A stretch of 63,093 nucleotides of DNA, counting the filler, from Choristocarpus tenellus KU-1152 (Eukaryota; Protista; Phaeophyceae): the NCBI GenBank assembly GCA_964200185.2. It is 12 parts of 12 records of this genome, joined end to end, with 100 filler letters (N's around TTAATTAATTAA, not from the genome) between each part and the next. Parts side by side here need not be neighbours in the genome. Positions count along the whole stretch, not along the records: positions 34,031 to 42,823 come from CAXNAD020004326.1; positions 42,924 to 47,511 come from CAXNAD020013888.1; positions 47,612 to 51,094 come from CAXNAD020019724.1; 9 more parts are not named here. The stretch is one strand, 5' to 3'. Below the pieces are notes generated by a model. It saw nothing but the letters and a program-made list of their open reading frames with translations. It made no database searches and had not been told where the DNA came from. Positions 37,501 through 50,479 of the stretch are shown one piece after another. The position numbers and the translations under genes were made by a program. Position 1 is the first letter of the stretch. Each line of letters begins with the position of its first letter.

Positions 37501-40102
37501 ACGTAAAGACTTTTTCGATAGTGAATTACGTTTTGTGCAACACCCTAGTGAGGAGGAATAGTAGTATTCTAATATCATTAGAACCAAATAGTAATGGAGT
37601 AGGTTTTAAAATCTTGTCTGGGTCACATCTAAACGCCTCCAGAAAAATTTGACCCGTCCACGATTTGTCGTGATTATATGGTAGAGCTTTATAACTCTTA
37701 CAGTTGTGTTGTGCACTGAAACTGCCGGATATTGTATCAAGAGGTACTTGACAGTACGAGACGGAGTTAAAGCTTCTAGGGGATATCATGTGATGGGAAG
37801 TGTTGACTATTTTTTCATGTGCTGCACAAGAATTAATGGTCATGCTCTTGAGGATGTTATGGCAGGAGGGTTACAACCTGTAATTGGGTTTGTTTTCTTA
37901 GAGTATTCCAGCAACTGCCTTGCGTTGTACACAGTGAGCATGTGTATGTACAGTGCCAGATACACCGAGTGTGTTGCCGTATCACAGGAAGATTTTTAAA
38001 TACAGTTTTTGAAGATTTTTGTGGATTTTTTCATACCACCGAGAAGCGTTGTTGCCATTATGGCGATCATCATGTTATAGACTCTATTGTTGTTCTAAAT
38101 GTATCATTTCATCTTATTCTACTCTTGGAGATACCCATTTTCAGCGGAAAAAAAAAAATCCAACTGGGGGCTACACCTAGGACCCGAAAGGGAAGGGGGT
38201 AATGCAGAGAGGACATTTGATTGCAGTCTGAACATCTTCAATATATGTATCTTACAGGTTGGATGGAGGCTCTTCATGTCGAGATCTGTTGGTACTCATC
38301 TTTTCTGAATTTTTTGAGGATCTTTGGGGGGGGAGGAAGTCAAACTGGGACTATCTATACTAACGGGGAATTGGCAGTGACGCACCTAGTTCTTTGTTAG
38401 TGTGTTTATTACAACATAGTTTTTTGTTGATTTTTTTCATTTTTTACTTTTTTGCTTGAATGTACTTTAGAAATACTTGAAAAAATTATTCCACTATTTT
38501 TAAAAAAAATCTTTAATATATTTTATAAGTTACACAAATCTTCAGTCTCTCTTTGAAATTTGTGGAAATTAAAAAACTAATTTGCACTTTTTGAATTAAA
38601 TTGTAATTCCAAAACTGGAAATTGTTAGAAAAATTCTAGCGCATCAATAAAAATCAATATTGAAAATATAGGAAATATTGAATAAATCAACAAGGTAGAA
38701 ATTGATAAAATAAAACTAAAGAAATTAATAAAATAAGAATGAAAATTATGTTTTATGATCAGGAGCTCTGCTTCCGTTCCTCACACTCCAAAAACCAGGA
38801 GAGTTTCAACTTAGTTTTTCCAGACATTAATAGAAAAAAAACAGAAGTACGTTGTAGGGCGAGTGGAGAAGGGGTATATATTTGAGTAGTCAGTGTATGT
38901 TAAGGTTGGGGTCAAAAGCGTGTCAAATAAAAAGAAAAAAAAATCTTAAAGAGGAGGCGAGGAGGCTGAACATGCTTTGAACGATTGCTTCGTCTGCGTT
39001 CCAATAGGGGAGGAATGTTTGTAAGGATTGTGCTATAATTTCTGTATTTGTGGAGGTAGCACCAACAGTAAACATTATCTTAAAGAGTTTGAATATATGC
39101 TTCAGAGTACTTGCATTACTTTTACAAAAAAGAGCTAAGAATGTGTTTCATAGTATCGCTCTGGAGCAATGTGGTGGCAAAGAAGTGTTTGATAACGTGA
39201 GAAACAATAGCATGAATGTAATGGGAGAACGTTTTAACCTGTGCCCCCAAGTCTATTTTGGGGGATTTCTTGAACTTTCTTGTATTTTCTACCAGTGGTT
39301 GTTCATTGAAACTCAAACCGAACAGCTGTCTAGGTTTCAATCGAGGCTAAAGTGCATCCTGCGTGTACAGTGAAGCGCTCTGAGTTTTCAATTGGACAGA
39401 CCAAACAGCACGCGAATCAGAAGAGAAGAAAAGTTGCAGACATCAAACCAACGCTTACAAAAGGTTTACTAGGAAGGTCTTCTGATCAGCAAGGTTACCA
39501 CGAAGCTTAGCTTTGCTACAAAGGTTTTTAGTTGCTGTTGTTGTTGCTTATTTCATGAGCAACATGAAACTTTCGAGTGAATTGCAATGAACGATACCAT
39601 CAAGTTCATTAGAATTTAGCAACAAATAATCTGCCGTCGTCGGGATCATTGCTTGAGTTGCTTTGATTCATTGTTTTGCCTCTTGGGTATGATTATACAT
39701 GTCTCGCTGGACAATTTTGCTTTGGAATTTCTCATGGCACTCAGGATTTCCTCACAAGCTACCTCGCCTGGCGTGCTGTGCCCACATTTCGATTCAGCGG
39801 AATATGTCTAAATGTGAAAAACCTTTGTAGATGATTTTTTTTTTTCTGAAGCAGTATTGGTAGTGAAAAAAAATTGAACAATTTGTTGCCAAATGGCAAA
39901 CAATGGCGGTTTCATTTTTTTTGTTCCCAATAATAAGAATCATAATTTAGTGTTGTGGTATTATATTTTTTTATTATTTGTATTCCAGTCTAGATGTACA
40001 TATCACGGGGAGCACCAGTGCGAGTCGCCCTGTCGGTCGCTCAGGAAGTAGGCTTTTTTTCTCACTGGGTCCTTTTGACTCTGTGACTCAGCGGTTACGT
40101 TT

Positions 40103-40144
<42 letters not shown>

Positions 40145-42184
40145 TTCCCCCTTGCCCTCCCCCACAAACTATTCTCTCTTCGCCAGTGTATCTCCTTCAA
40201 CTGACAGAGTTTCCTTTCAAACCTGAACATGAACACTAGGGCGAGCTATGGTTCGGGGGCTGAGGATACACGAAAGCGCAGGCACTTGGTGCAGCAGGCA
40301 TCCCTCGTGGGTCATATGGCAAGGAGGTGAGGAGTCATAACAAATATAGGAAGGTGATCATGTGAAGCGAATCAAGGGCTTCTTCTCTTCCTCAAGGCAA
40401 CCAATATCACGGCGGGAGTGTTGTGTGCGTTTTTTGTGGTGTACACTCAATTTATATATGAGTGCAGAGGGACCCTCAAGGGAGATGCTTTCACTTGATG
40501 GGTTTGTATTGATGTCACATTGCTCCTGTTGTTGTGCATATTATTGGTGCTGCGCACTTTGATAAGCCCTTTGGTACAAAGTAATAGGTGCATTTCACGG
40601 GTCTACTTTGATGTACAAGGTGGCAAATGTGGTAACCTCACATGTATGTACGCCTGCTGTAGGTTGTTCATGCTTGGGTTATTTTTTCTGAAGATAGTTT
40701 TGACTATCCGTAGCTTTGCTTTCAGTAACTGCTGCTACATTGTACCCATCTTTATGAGGGATCCAGTAAAAAATTCTGATGCCGGAGTGGATTAGATTGT
40801 TCACCGCAGTTTTTATTTTAAATTGGACAGACTACAAAGGCGCCTAACCCTAACCCTATCTGCTGAGAGCACCTTCCTTGTTTGTCCAGTTTATCATCAC
40901 TGCTGCAAATGGTGTAATCTAATCTGACTTCGGAATTTTACCAGATTCCTCTTTATGGTTAGCTGGAAGGTTCGGGTTAGGATTAGGGTTGGGATTGAGT
41001 CAATACAATGATCTGTAGGTCACATTGAGCCAATGAGATACATTATATGTATGAATTGATGGTTGGCAAGGTGGTATGACAGTATGGATGTGTTTGTTGA
41101 TAGTGTGTTGTTTCAAGTCCAAGTTGCTCATTCCATACCACCAGTCACTATTTTTTGGGGGGGGAGGGCTGCTTGCTGCCCTTATACGTTTTTTTGTTTT
41201 TAGTGCAGTCATCTAGTGTTTCCTCCTGAAGCACACAACACACACATGTCCACATAAAGCTATTACCACTGTATATGTTGGGAGATAATGCCCCCTAATG
41301 GTGGAACACAGCCCTATTATTGTAGGTATGTACAGACCACCATGGTATCCAACCTGACCCCCATGGATAGAATTATGACATGTGCTGAAAGCATCAACCT
41401 GTTACCAAATGATTGCACCACACACCTCATTGAGGCAACTGTACTAATGCAATGCTGGGATTCGAGACCCATGTCTCACATCCCTCTATTTGATGTTTTT
41501 TTATACTATTGTATTACTAACTCAAAGTATTGGAGATTTCTTCCGCCCAGAGGATGTCAGTGGCATATAATATTTGTAGAATATCACATGCTAATATGTG
41601 GGAGGGTCAGTAACTCGGTTTTGAACAGTGCAAGGTATGTCACTGTTGATATAGGCTAGACCGAACAGATTGAGGTTGGTTTATCTCACGGTCTTTGCCA
41701 TACCACTGACTGAGTTGTAACCCTACCAACATCCCTGATGGTCACTTTTTCTTTTGTACTGGCACAGTAGGAAGAGGTACAGAAGAGATGTTCTATTCAA
41801 TTTTTAATTTGTGTGACTGCAGATACATTTCCATTCAATATCCATCCAATGAGGAAGAAAGGTTTGTTCACTTTAAGAAAGGCTGCATATATGTATACGT
41901 GTGTATATATATATATATCCCTTGTCATGCATCAGAGCAGAACTTGCTGAATGAAAGTAAGGTAGAGGCAAGAGTTCGCTCAGAAAAAAACGACTGATTC
42001 CTTGATCTGTTAGAGCACCCTCACCAACATATATGTGGACAGGGGCCTGGTTGGCAATGGCAAGGAGAATTCGTACTCATTTGTTGAGATGGGGGCAGGA
42101 AGGGGAGGGCTGGGCCTTGCAGTGGCAACCGCCTTCCCAGGCGTCGACCTCACGGTGGTGGAGAGGAGCTCAGTCCGGAGAAAG
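34529..42184 (+). CDS. TRM13: tRNA:m4X methyltransferase TRM13, internal exons (partial)
   Basis: Phase-compatible exons: 34529-34738 (VCNA..KPYYSEGINSG), 35213-35325, 40240-40326 (RHLVQQASLVGHM) and 42043-42184 (FVEMGAGRGGL..VVERSSVRRK). These match TRM13 conserved blocks in order. Confidence 0.85.
35450..35910 (-). mobile_element. Possible decayed LINE 3' fragment in a TRM13 intron
   Basis: The minus frame ends ..KMCLCNPTMLKVQTQPCIMFPCK, a Cys-rich C-terminus resembling non-LTR ORF2 ends; multiple stops. Confidence 0.25.
36700..37327 (-). pseudogene. Intronless LicD/FKRP-family nucleotidyl/phosphotransferase pseudogene nested antisense in a TRM13 intron
   Basis: The minus frame from ATG 37327 reads ..TPTSTQKRIRACLRDI*LDCHFVPSATNVYSQSGTT..RTHGCNDVMGWDVAESGF, compared with LicD GTLLGAxRxxxxIPWDxDxDxG. 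Further on is GLFQVRDPRDEDGRVTCTPFIDVF (IDIF motif). Stops and frameshifts are present. Confidence 0.5.
37493..37999 (+). pseudogene. Possible decayed intronless PAP2-like phosphatase, divergent from the LicD relic
   Basis: One frame with stops contains KNLTRPR (KxxxxRPRP-like) and TRINGHALEDVMAGGL..IGFVF (SRxxxxxHxxxDVxxG-like but 2 residues short). PSGH is not recognisable. Confidence 0.25.
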
Positions 42185-42765
42185 GTGAGGCAAAAAAGTT
42201 GTCATTTTTGAAAGTTGACATTGTACTAGGAGTACTTAGTGTAAGTTGTAATCGCATGATTTGTGGAGTCTTACCAGTGTACTGGTATGTGCGCGCGCGC
42301 GTGTGTGTTTGTTTTTTTTAAGTTCAAGGTCAGGGTTGAGTACAAACGGAGTGGGTTAGTTTTTGGTGCATAGGTTAGTAGAATGAGTATATATATATAG
42401 GCCCCCGCTAGAAGTGTGCAGCCAGTCAACTTGCACCATGTGCACGGATGATTGAGAGGTGAGAGGTAGAGCCAACTGGAGTGGTGCTGTATTTATGGGG
42501 TGTGTAGTATGTTGTTCTGTGTTATGTGCCACCAAGCATATTGGAGCTGATGGCGTCAAGGCCCTGTTACTCTTTCTCACCTCTCTGTCTCTCTCTTGTG
42601 ACTCTTTATAGCACGTTGGGTCTTTTTGAGGTGTTGAGAGCAACCAAGGTACATTTCTGTTGGCACTAACCATAGCAAACACGTTCTATAGGGCCAAGTA
42701 TGACTGTCACTAATAACGCAACGCTTGAATAGTGATTATGTCTCTATTGAATTACTCATACAACT

Positions 42766-42823
42766 GAGTTTAAGTATCTTAGAGGGTATAGCCCCGTCCG
42801 TTTGGGGATCAAAATCCAATGTT
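42766..42823. mobile_element. MITE family A left end, truncated
   Basis: gagtttaagtatcttagagggtatagccccgtccgtttgggg. Confidence 0.75.
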
Positions 42824-43507
42824 NNNNNNNNNNNNNNNNNNNNNNNNNNNNNNNNNNNNNNNNNNNNTTAATTAATTAANNNNNNNNNNNNNNNNNNNNN
42901 NNNNNNNNNNNNNNNNNNNNNNNCCCCCCCAGATACTTTCAGCCCCACCCATATTCACACCTGTCTTGTCTCATGTCCTGCCCCCTTTGAGGTGATCGTG
43001 ATGATCTCTGAAAGAATGAACCATGGTATTGCTTCTTCCTTACATTGATGTTGTAAGCTATTGATGCTGACTGGTTTCTCTTTTTCACATGGAGGGTCCA
43101 TTTTCAAGTCCCCTTCGCAGAGATAACATATCAATGAGCAACCCCAGAACAAACTCACTTGAACATGGTAACGTTCTTACTTACCCACAGAGATTTTTGG
43201 TTTTTCTTGTCATGCTCAGGCTGTATACCAAGCAGAGATTTAGCATGCAGGAATACTTACTGAGTTTGGAACAGAATACATACACCAAAGAAACATACAC
43301 ACACATATATATATGTATGTATATATGCAACAGAATATTTTCAGAACAATTCATGTTTTCTCGTGTACTTCCTCCCTTCTGTGGCAAATATCTTTTCCCG
43401 GGTGTTTATGATATGGCAATGCTAATATATATATATATATGTGTGTGTGTGTTGTGTGTATATGTGTATGTAACAACAATGCAAAATAATGAAAAACACT
43501 GGAAAAG

Positions 43508-44452
43508 GTTGGAGGATGGAGGACAAGAGGCCATACTAGATCGCTCTACTCTCACCAAGGTCCGGGAAGGTGACCTGGAAAGGATGCCTTTCCTCATCAA
43601 ACACAAGGAGTCGGGTGTCGACAGAGGGAGACGCTCCAGCAGCAGAGAGGGTTTGAACGGCGTAGATGGCGGTGATGATGAGAGGGGTGTAAGAGGCCAA
43701 CCCGTTGGAGGGGACAGGGTGAGAGAGGAGAGGACCAAGGACAGAAGCTCTAAGGAGAGGACCAAGGACAGAAGCTCTAAGGAGAGGACCAAGGACAGAA
43801 GCTCTAAGGAGAGGACCAAGGACAGAAGCTCTAAGGAGAGGACCAAGGACAGAAGCTCTAAGGGAAGAAAGCGACACCGCAGTAATAGCTCGAGTTCCAG
43901 CCCCAGCCGGCACAATGGGGATGGAAGTCTTAGCCGGAACTCTGGTGTTGACAGGTGATGGACGTGCTGTAAGTTGTGTGTTTAGCGTTGGTTTATGACG
44001 GAAGAGGAGGGTGTTCGTTTCATTTCTAAATGGGGTTTATATGTATGTATGTGTGTGTATGTATGTATAAACATGTTGGTTTCCCTCTGTGCCGTAGTGT
44101 AGTCAAGAGTTGTGTTGCTGACAGATATTTCAGCTTTGGACAGGGTCAAGTGCCAGCAAGAGGGCGAGCAGCCACATGAATTATTGCAGTGCACTACTGA
44201 CTGTTTGTAGTGCTCACCTCTTTGAGGTACTGCAATCGCTTGCTGGTGACTTTTGAAGGAGCAGAAAAAGGTATACCTGGCCTGGATTCCACTTTTTACC
44301 TTGACTCATTAATGGCTTTTTGTAGGTTAGGCAGCACCAAGACAACCCTGTGCAGCTCTGCTACAAAGTTTGTATTACGGCCTTGTTTGTTTCCTGATGG
44401 TGCTCTTATCCCCTCAGCAATGAAAACTTGTGATCCATCTTTGTTCCCATTG

Positions 44453-44520
<68 letters not shown>

Positions 44521-46269
44521 TCCTCCNNNNNNNNNNTCTTACCCCCCCCCCAAAAACAATTGCGCTTCCCCCTTTGTTCCCCTTCCCCCCCCCCCCCCCC
44601 CCCCCTCCCTTTCTGCACCATGGCTTTCCTGTGACGCAACCCTCTCTCTCGTGTTCGGCCTTGTACCTCCTATGTGCCACCCTGTCTGCAGGGAGGGAAT
44701 GGAAGGTGTTTCTAAGAAGAGCAAGAAGAGCAAGAAGGACAAGAAGACAAGATCAGACAAAGACAACAAGAGCAAGCGGGACAGGGGGTATCGCTCCTTA
44801 CCCCACCATCCAGAAGATAGTACTAGCAGTAGAGCCTATAGCAGGGAGGCTGCTTCCGATCGAAGGGAGGGGCACTGGCTGAGGTCTCACATCCGAGTAC
44901 GATTAGTGCACAAGGGTTACAGCAAGGGCAGGCACTACCTGAGGAAGGGTGTGGTGATGGATGTGCCCAGGATGGGGGAGGCGTCTGTCCGAATGGATGA
45001 GGGGGGTGAAGTGTTAGAAGGTGGGCGGATTGAGTGCGTTTTTTGTGTGGCGCTTGGCGGAATGTCCTTTTTCCAATGCAAAACATTTCTCAGGCGTGTA
45101 ACTGTCTATCTCTTTTTCTGTGCCCCTTGATGTACTGCTGGTGATAGTAGCGGCAGTAACAACAACGGACACCGTACAAGTTTTCCTTTTGGATTCGACG
45201 CTCCTTCAGGTTCCATGGGTGTTGGCAATTCTTACAGCAGCATCCACAAGTAACTCGTATTTGGTTCGTGTCAGTGTTCTGAACCAAAGGTCCCGTGCCC
45301 CCTCTCACACCCGCACGGTGTTACTGATTGGTTGTTGAGATTTGTTCGTGGTACTCGAGTGGGAACCTACAGGGGCTTCTTTTACCGTATGTTCACTCTG
45401 CAATACTGTTTGAGACAAAACTCTTCTAGAGCAAACCGTGTTAGATTTGTGCGTGTCACTTGAGTGGGAACCTACAGGGGCTTCTTTTACCGCATGTTCA
45501 CTCTGCAATACTGTTTGAGACAAGCTCTTCAATTGCACTTGCTCCCTACTGTGTACAGTGAGAGCGACCCTGTCCTCAACCATCCTTGGTGTGCTGCACC
45601 CCGTTGTGTCTGGCATCCTCCATCAATGCGCCCTTGGCATTGGGCTGGGATGTAATTATTTTTTGCAGGGGTTAAGAAAGAGCACCTGGAAACCGCTCTG
45701 CCTGCCCGGGGCGGCAAAGTGATCGTCCTCCGTGGTAGGCAAAGGGGAACCCCAGGCAAGCTGCTGGGAAGAGATACGGACCGAGGGACAGCGCTTGTTC
45801 AGGTGAGGGGTGAAGTCCAAGGTTTTTGTGTTTTATAGTAGGCGAGACGGCATAGGGAAAGTATCCAACTCCCTTTTCGACCTGTTTGCCCTTGGTAGAC
45901 ACAGTTAGTTACCCGCTGCAGCGTCTTTCCCATCATCGTCTGAGCCTCCTTTGCTGTGGAGCAAGATCGTTGAATGTTCGCGATCTGGCGTGGTGTATCA
46001 AATAGGGCTCGTTCCTGTTTCTGTGGTCTCCTGCCCTGTATATATCCCTCCTCCCTCCTCTTGTTTATTTCGGGTTGTGGATTGTCTTGTTTGCCTTACG
46101 ACCGAATCGATTCAAGAATGTTGTTTTTTGTTGTTGCTCTTCTTTTTTTCTTTTTTTTTTCCCCCCCTCTGTGCTTCTGCAGGTATACGAGGATCTCCGT
46201 ACCATCACCCTCCCGTTACACGATGTGGCAGAGTTTGTGGGGATGTTGGATACAGATGTGGATTTCTGA
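43508..46269 (+). CDS. GPKOW: G-patch/KOW splicing factor GPKOW (MOS2/Spp2-like), 3' exons
   Basis: Exons 43508-43954, 44692-45020, 45669-45802 and 46183-46269 (TGA), phase-compatible. WLRSHIRVRLV..YLRKGVVMDV..LEG|VKKEHLETALPARGGKVIVLRG..G..GKLL.RD..ALVQ|..DVAEFVG is the tandem KOW C-terminus. Confidence 0.85.
43728..43862 (+). repeat. Exonic 27-bp perfect tandem repeat x5 (ERTKDRSSK)
   Basis: gagaggaccaaggacagaagctctaag repeated within a GPKOW exon. Confidence 0.95.
45357..45525. repeat. About 60-bp direct repeat with 105-bp period in a GPKOW intron
   Basis: gagtgggaacctacaggggcttcttttaccgYatgttcactctgcaatactgtttgagacaa at 45357 and 45462. Confidence 0.85.
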
Positions 46270-47356
46270 GTTGTTTTTTTGTGCACGCAGCTCCGGCTTT
46301 TGGAAGGGTAAGCAACGAGGAGACACTAGTTAGGTTGTGACAATTCACGTCACGGAGTATGAACGTCATGCAATGGAAGGCGTGTTTCGCAGACGCCAAA
46401 ACCCAGATCGTTTCTCACACGGGAGGATAGAGTGACTGAGGGTGAAAAGAACCTGGTGTGAACCTAATGCGCCAAACCCCAGGCTGCACCGGGTGTGACT
46501 CCACCTTGGCAGGGAGGAAGCAAGGAACACCGATTAGTTGTGAATAGCGACGGGTAGAGGTTTATGCGTCGGGTGGGCATTTTGCAGACAATACAACCCT
46601 GACAATTTTTTTGACAGGAGTGTGTGTATAGTGACCGAGGAAGGTATTTGTAGAAGAATTGATGGAGTCAGCGTAGTGGAATGACTGCGAAGGGAAACTG
46701 ATGGCGGTATGAAATATATTGAATATGTACTGTTGTTGGTGTATTTGTGTGTATGTATGTGTATATATATATATATGTGCTGGTGGTACAATTTGTAACG
46801 CCTTACCAACCAATCCACTGATCTCGTCGTAGCTTTTGTTGGTGGGAATCTCTTACTTGTCCTCAAAATCGACTCACTGCTGATGATTTGGTTTGTTTAC
46901 TTGCCCGGTTAATACACTGACTGCAGTGGCAAAATAAAGCACCACCATTATTAGGTTATTAATATTATTATTAATATTATTATTGCAACTTTGAGTCTGG
47001 ATAGCTTCTCCACTACCTCCACCCTACCTAGCCCCTCGACCAGTGGTCAGATAGCGGTGGAGACTACAACTAGTTGCACTGCCCTATGTTTGGCCTGGTT
47101 TTTTCTTGCTCATTAGGTCCAGCTATCCCACCCCTCATCGTTTCATCTCCTCCCTCCAATCTGGTGCGTACTCTCTCCGTCCACAGTGAATCTTAAATAG
47201 TATAATCCAGATCTTCCTGCTTTTTCTTTTTGTGTGCTTTTGGACAAGGTAAGAAAGGTACAGGTGTACCTTCCCGATGCACTTACCATGTGGTCCATTG
47301 AAGTCAAATTTCCGGCAAAGAAATTCTGGGCTCTGCAACTCAGGGTTTGAACCCAG

Positions 47357-47511
47357 GACCCAAAGCATTTAAGAGGGTAGGAGTTTTGCCCTGTTTGTCT
47401 CTCTATGCGTTTTTTGTGCCCTTTTCGGTTTTCGAAACATTTTGGAGTAAACAGAGGATTTTCAAAATTGGGGCAGGAGCGGGACTATGAGGATGGTTGT
47501 TTTGCGAAAAC
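47357..47511. mobile_element. MITE family A end with a family C-type element nested at about 47450
   Basis: gacccaaagcatttaagagggtaggag.. followed by aacagaggattttcaaaattggggcaggagc..gaggatgg. Confidence 0.65.
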
Positions 47512-48949
47512 NNNNNNNNNNNNNNNNNNNNNNNNNNNNNNNNNNNNNNNNNNNNTTAATTAATTAANNNNNNNNNNNNNNNNNNNNNNNNNNNNNNNNN
47601 NNNNNNNNNNNGGGGGGAAGGGAAGGGATATAATGTAGCATAGCAAATATATCAGCAAAGCATCAATCGTACTAAGGTTAGGTAGTAGTATAAAGGGTAT
47701 GATTATACGTGAAAAAATCGGAAGAGTTGATTTTAAAATAGATTACAATCGATCTGTTTAAAATGCTTCTCACTCATTGGTCGATTGCTTTTGAACAGAA
47801 CAACCAATTCGGCCTTCTCATTGGCTGATTTAAATTTTCATCTTCCCCAAAGAAAAACAGAGCAGTGAGATTGAAACACAACCGACCAATGAGAAGGCTC
47901 ATAAACAACTTGAAATCCTTTTTGACCCTTCTGATTTGATGCAGTTATGACCAAATTATTATAAACGGTCTGACCTCTCCTTCTTGTTAGCACTGGCTCT
48001 AAGAACGGTATCAAATTAACAATTGATCACCAATGTGTGATTGCAATGACCAACAATTCCTTTTTATATCCATGCAACTACCCACTAACTCATAGAGCTC
48101 TGTGGCGCTAATACTACGATGCCTCCACAACAGTACCAGATAATAATAATAATAAAAAAAACTGCCCTATTAATAATAAAAAAATGAAATGTGAAACGGT
48201 GGTAGTAGTAGCATTAGTAGTACAGACTCAAGCACTTGCTAGGAAAAGAATAAAATATCTTGAGCAGTGATGAAAAACACACTCAATATCAATACTCACT
48301 TCACCCTACCCCTAACCCTAACCCTGCCTTGCAACACAAAAAATAGTAATATAATAACAGCAGTAATCTCTTACAAACAAACGTGACATTACAAGGTACT
48401 ATCCTTGTAGTGATACTCCATTAGTAGGGTGTTGTGAGAACGGCACTGTCAAAGCATGAAAAAAAAAGAAAAAACTGCTGTGAAATATATTGTTATTTGA
48501 ATTATTGATAGTACTATTATTGTTAATACTTAACAATTCTGCTGTTCAATAAAATGATATGATAGTGACTACTATCATTACATTTCGAAACAATACTGTT
48601 ATTCGTGTGATTTTATAAATACATTGTCATTATAGCTACTGTAATTGTTAATACAATATGTAAAATCACTTCTGTTAATCAACATAACAGTTATCATCGT
48701 TATCAAAATTCTTATCATAACAGTTGCTACTACGAATATGGTCATCACATACATCACCTCAAAATGCAGGTAACCCCTCAAGCAAAGCGCAGTTACTCCA
48801 TCTTCTAATAATTTACAAAACAAAAAAGGACAAGACTATACAACACTACTTGCAAATAAATCTTCTCCATCTTTTCCTATGTACTTTAAACATTCACATT
48901 TCGAAACCAAATTTCAGAACACGCCTTCCCCTCCACACCCCATCCTCAC

Positions 48950-50244
48950 CTGTCCACCTTTACCCCTGGAGCGTTTTTAACCACAGAGGTAACACCACTC
49001 CCTCTCCCTACACCGCCCTGGTTCTGGTTCTCCCCATGGTTGCCGAACACATCCTTCCCCTCCTCCGTCTCCTCGACATTTGGTGTTTGATTTGACACTA
49101 CTGCTCCCCCCCTCTTCGCCATCTTTCGCTCTCTTCTCATCACCATCATCATTACCACCATCATCATTACCACCACCATCATTACCATCATTACCACCAT
49201 CATCATTACCACCATCATCATTACCACCATCATCATTACCACCATCATCATCACCATCATTACCATAATAATTAACCAAAGGTGGGAGGGAGAGGGGGGG
49301 GGGGAGGTGGTGTAAGGCATTAACAGGCTCTTCAAGGAGGTATAGAAGTGCTACGTGTCAGAAAACAAGGGGTCTTGTAGTATGGTGCATAGCGTGAACT
49401 TATCTTGTTGAATATACAGAACACACAAAGGTCAAGTAGTTTATGTACATGTATGTCAACTACTATTACTTCTGTCGTGAGGGCTACAAAAAAGATATAA
49501 TAATACTACTACTGCTACTAGTAATAAGAATAAAATAAGAATATTATAATGAGAAGAATATAATAATACTACTAATAATAAGAATAATAATAATAAGAAG
49601 AAACATCAACCTGCAGCAGTGTATCTAATTTAAACGTCAGATACGAAAAAAAAAATGAAAAAAACAGTTACTGCATGTGTGAAATTTGAAAATAAAAAAG
49701 TGCATAGTCACTATTCATCACACTTGCCGACACATTCAAGAGAGACAGTAGAGTCCCCACAAAACACATTTCCTCTTCTTGTCAAGTTATCCCTCAGCCA
49801 ACACGTAACCAATCAAAACAATCCATCAATAAAACAAGAACAAAACTGTGAAGGAACGAGCCAATCAAACCCTACAATAAAACAAAGTAAAAAAAAATAC
49901 TTTTACTATTATCACTGCTACTTACCATTATTGTAGATATTAAATTAAACCAAGCAATCCCAAAACATCAAGCCATATTACCATCCTCCTCTATACGCCC
50001 ATCCATAACCCCACAACTAACTCACTTAGCTGAGATGCGCTTCTTGGCCAATACCCCATGTTCCTCTGTTACACCTGGGTCTTGCACCACCCAGCCCCCA
50101 ACCCTCCCCTCCCCCTCCCCGGCCAATGCTGCCAAGGCCATTGCCCGAATGTCCTCTACCCCTCCACTCCCATCTGTTACACCCAGTCCAACTCGGACAT
50201 CATCCAGACCCACTGGCGCGTCAAACAGAGGTACAGGAGATTTC
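48950..50244 (-). CDS. NEMF: Two internal exons of a probable NEMF/Rqc2 (ribosome quality control) gene
   Basis: Exons 50244-50026 and 49132-48950 (phase 2) join to give LAKKRISAK|ERKMAKRG, resembling the NEMF KKxLSAKERR motif in its disordered region. The call rests on this short motif only. Confidence 0.55.
49137..49266. repeat. (CAT/CAC/TAC)n trinucleotide-class microsatellite
   Basis: accaccatcatcatt repeats. Confidence 0.9.
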
Positions 50245-50252
50245 CTGTACAG

Positions 50253-50312
<60 letters not shown>

Positions 50313-50479
50313 ACACATCAATATCAACAGGCACACACACACATATCTGTGCGAGAACACAGGTAACCCTAACCCTAACCCTAACCCGTATTAAGTGCTA
50401 GTACTACAACACTACTTCAAAAACATGTAAAATAATTTATAAAATATGTATTGTAAAATAATAATAAAACATGTATTGT

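Noticed and set aside
44455-44605. Poly-Pro/poly-Gly ORFs
   Set aside because: Intronic poly-C runs around a 10-N gap, probably with unreliable homopolymer length.
48977-49335. DDGGN-repeat and poly-Met/Val ORFs
   Set aside because: Translations of an intronic microsatellite.
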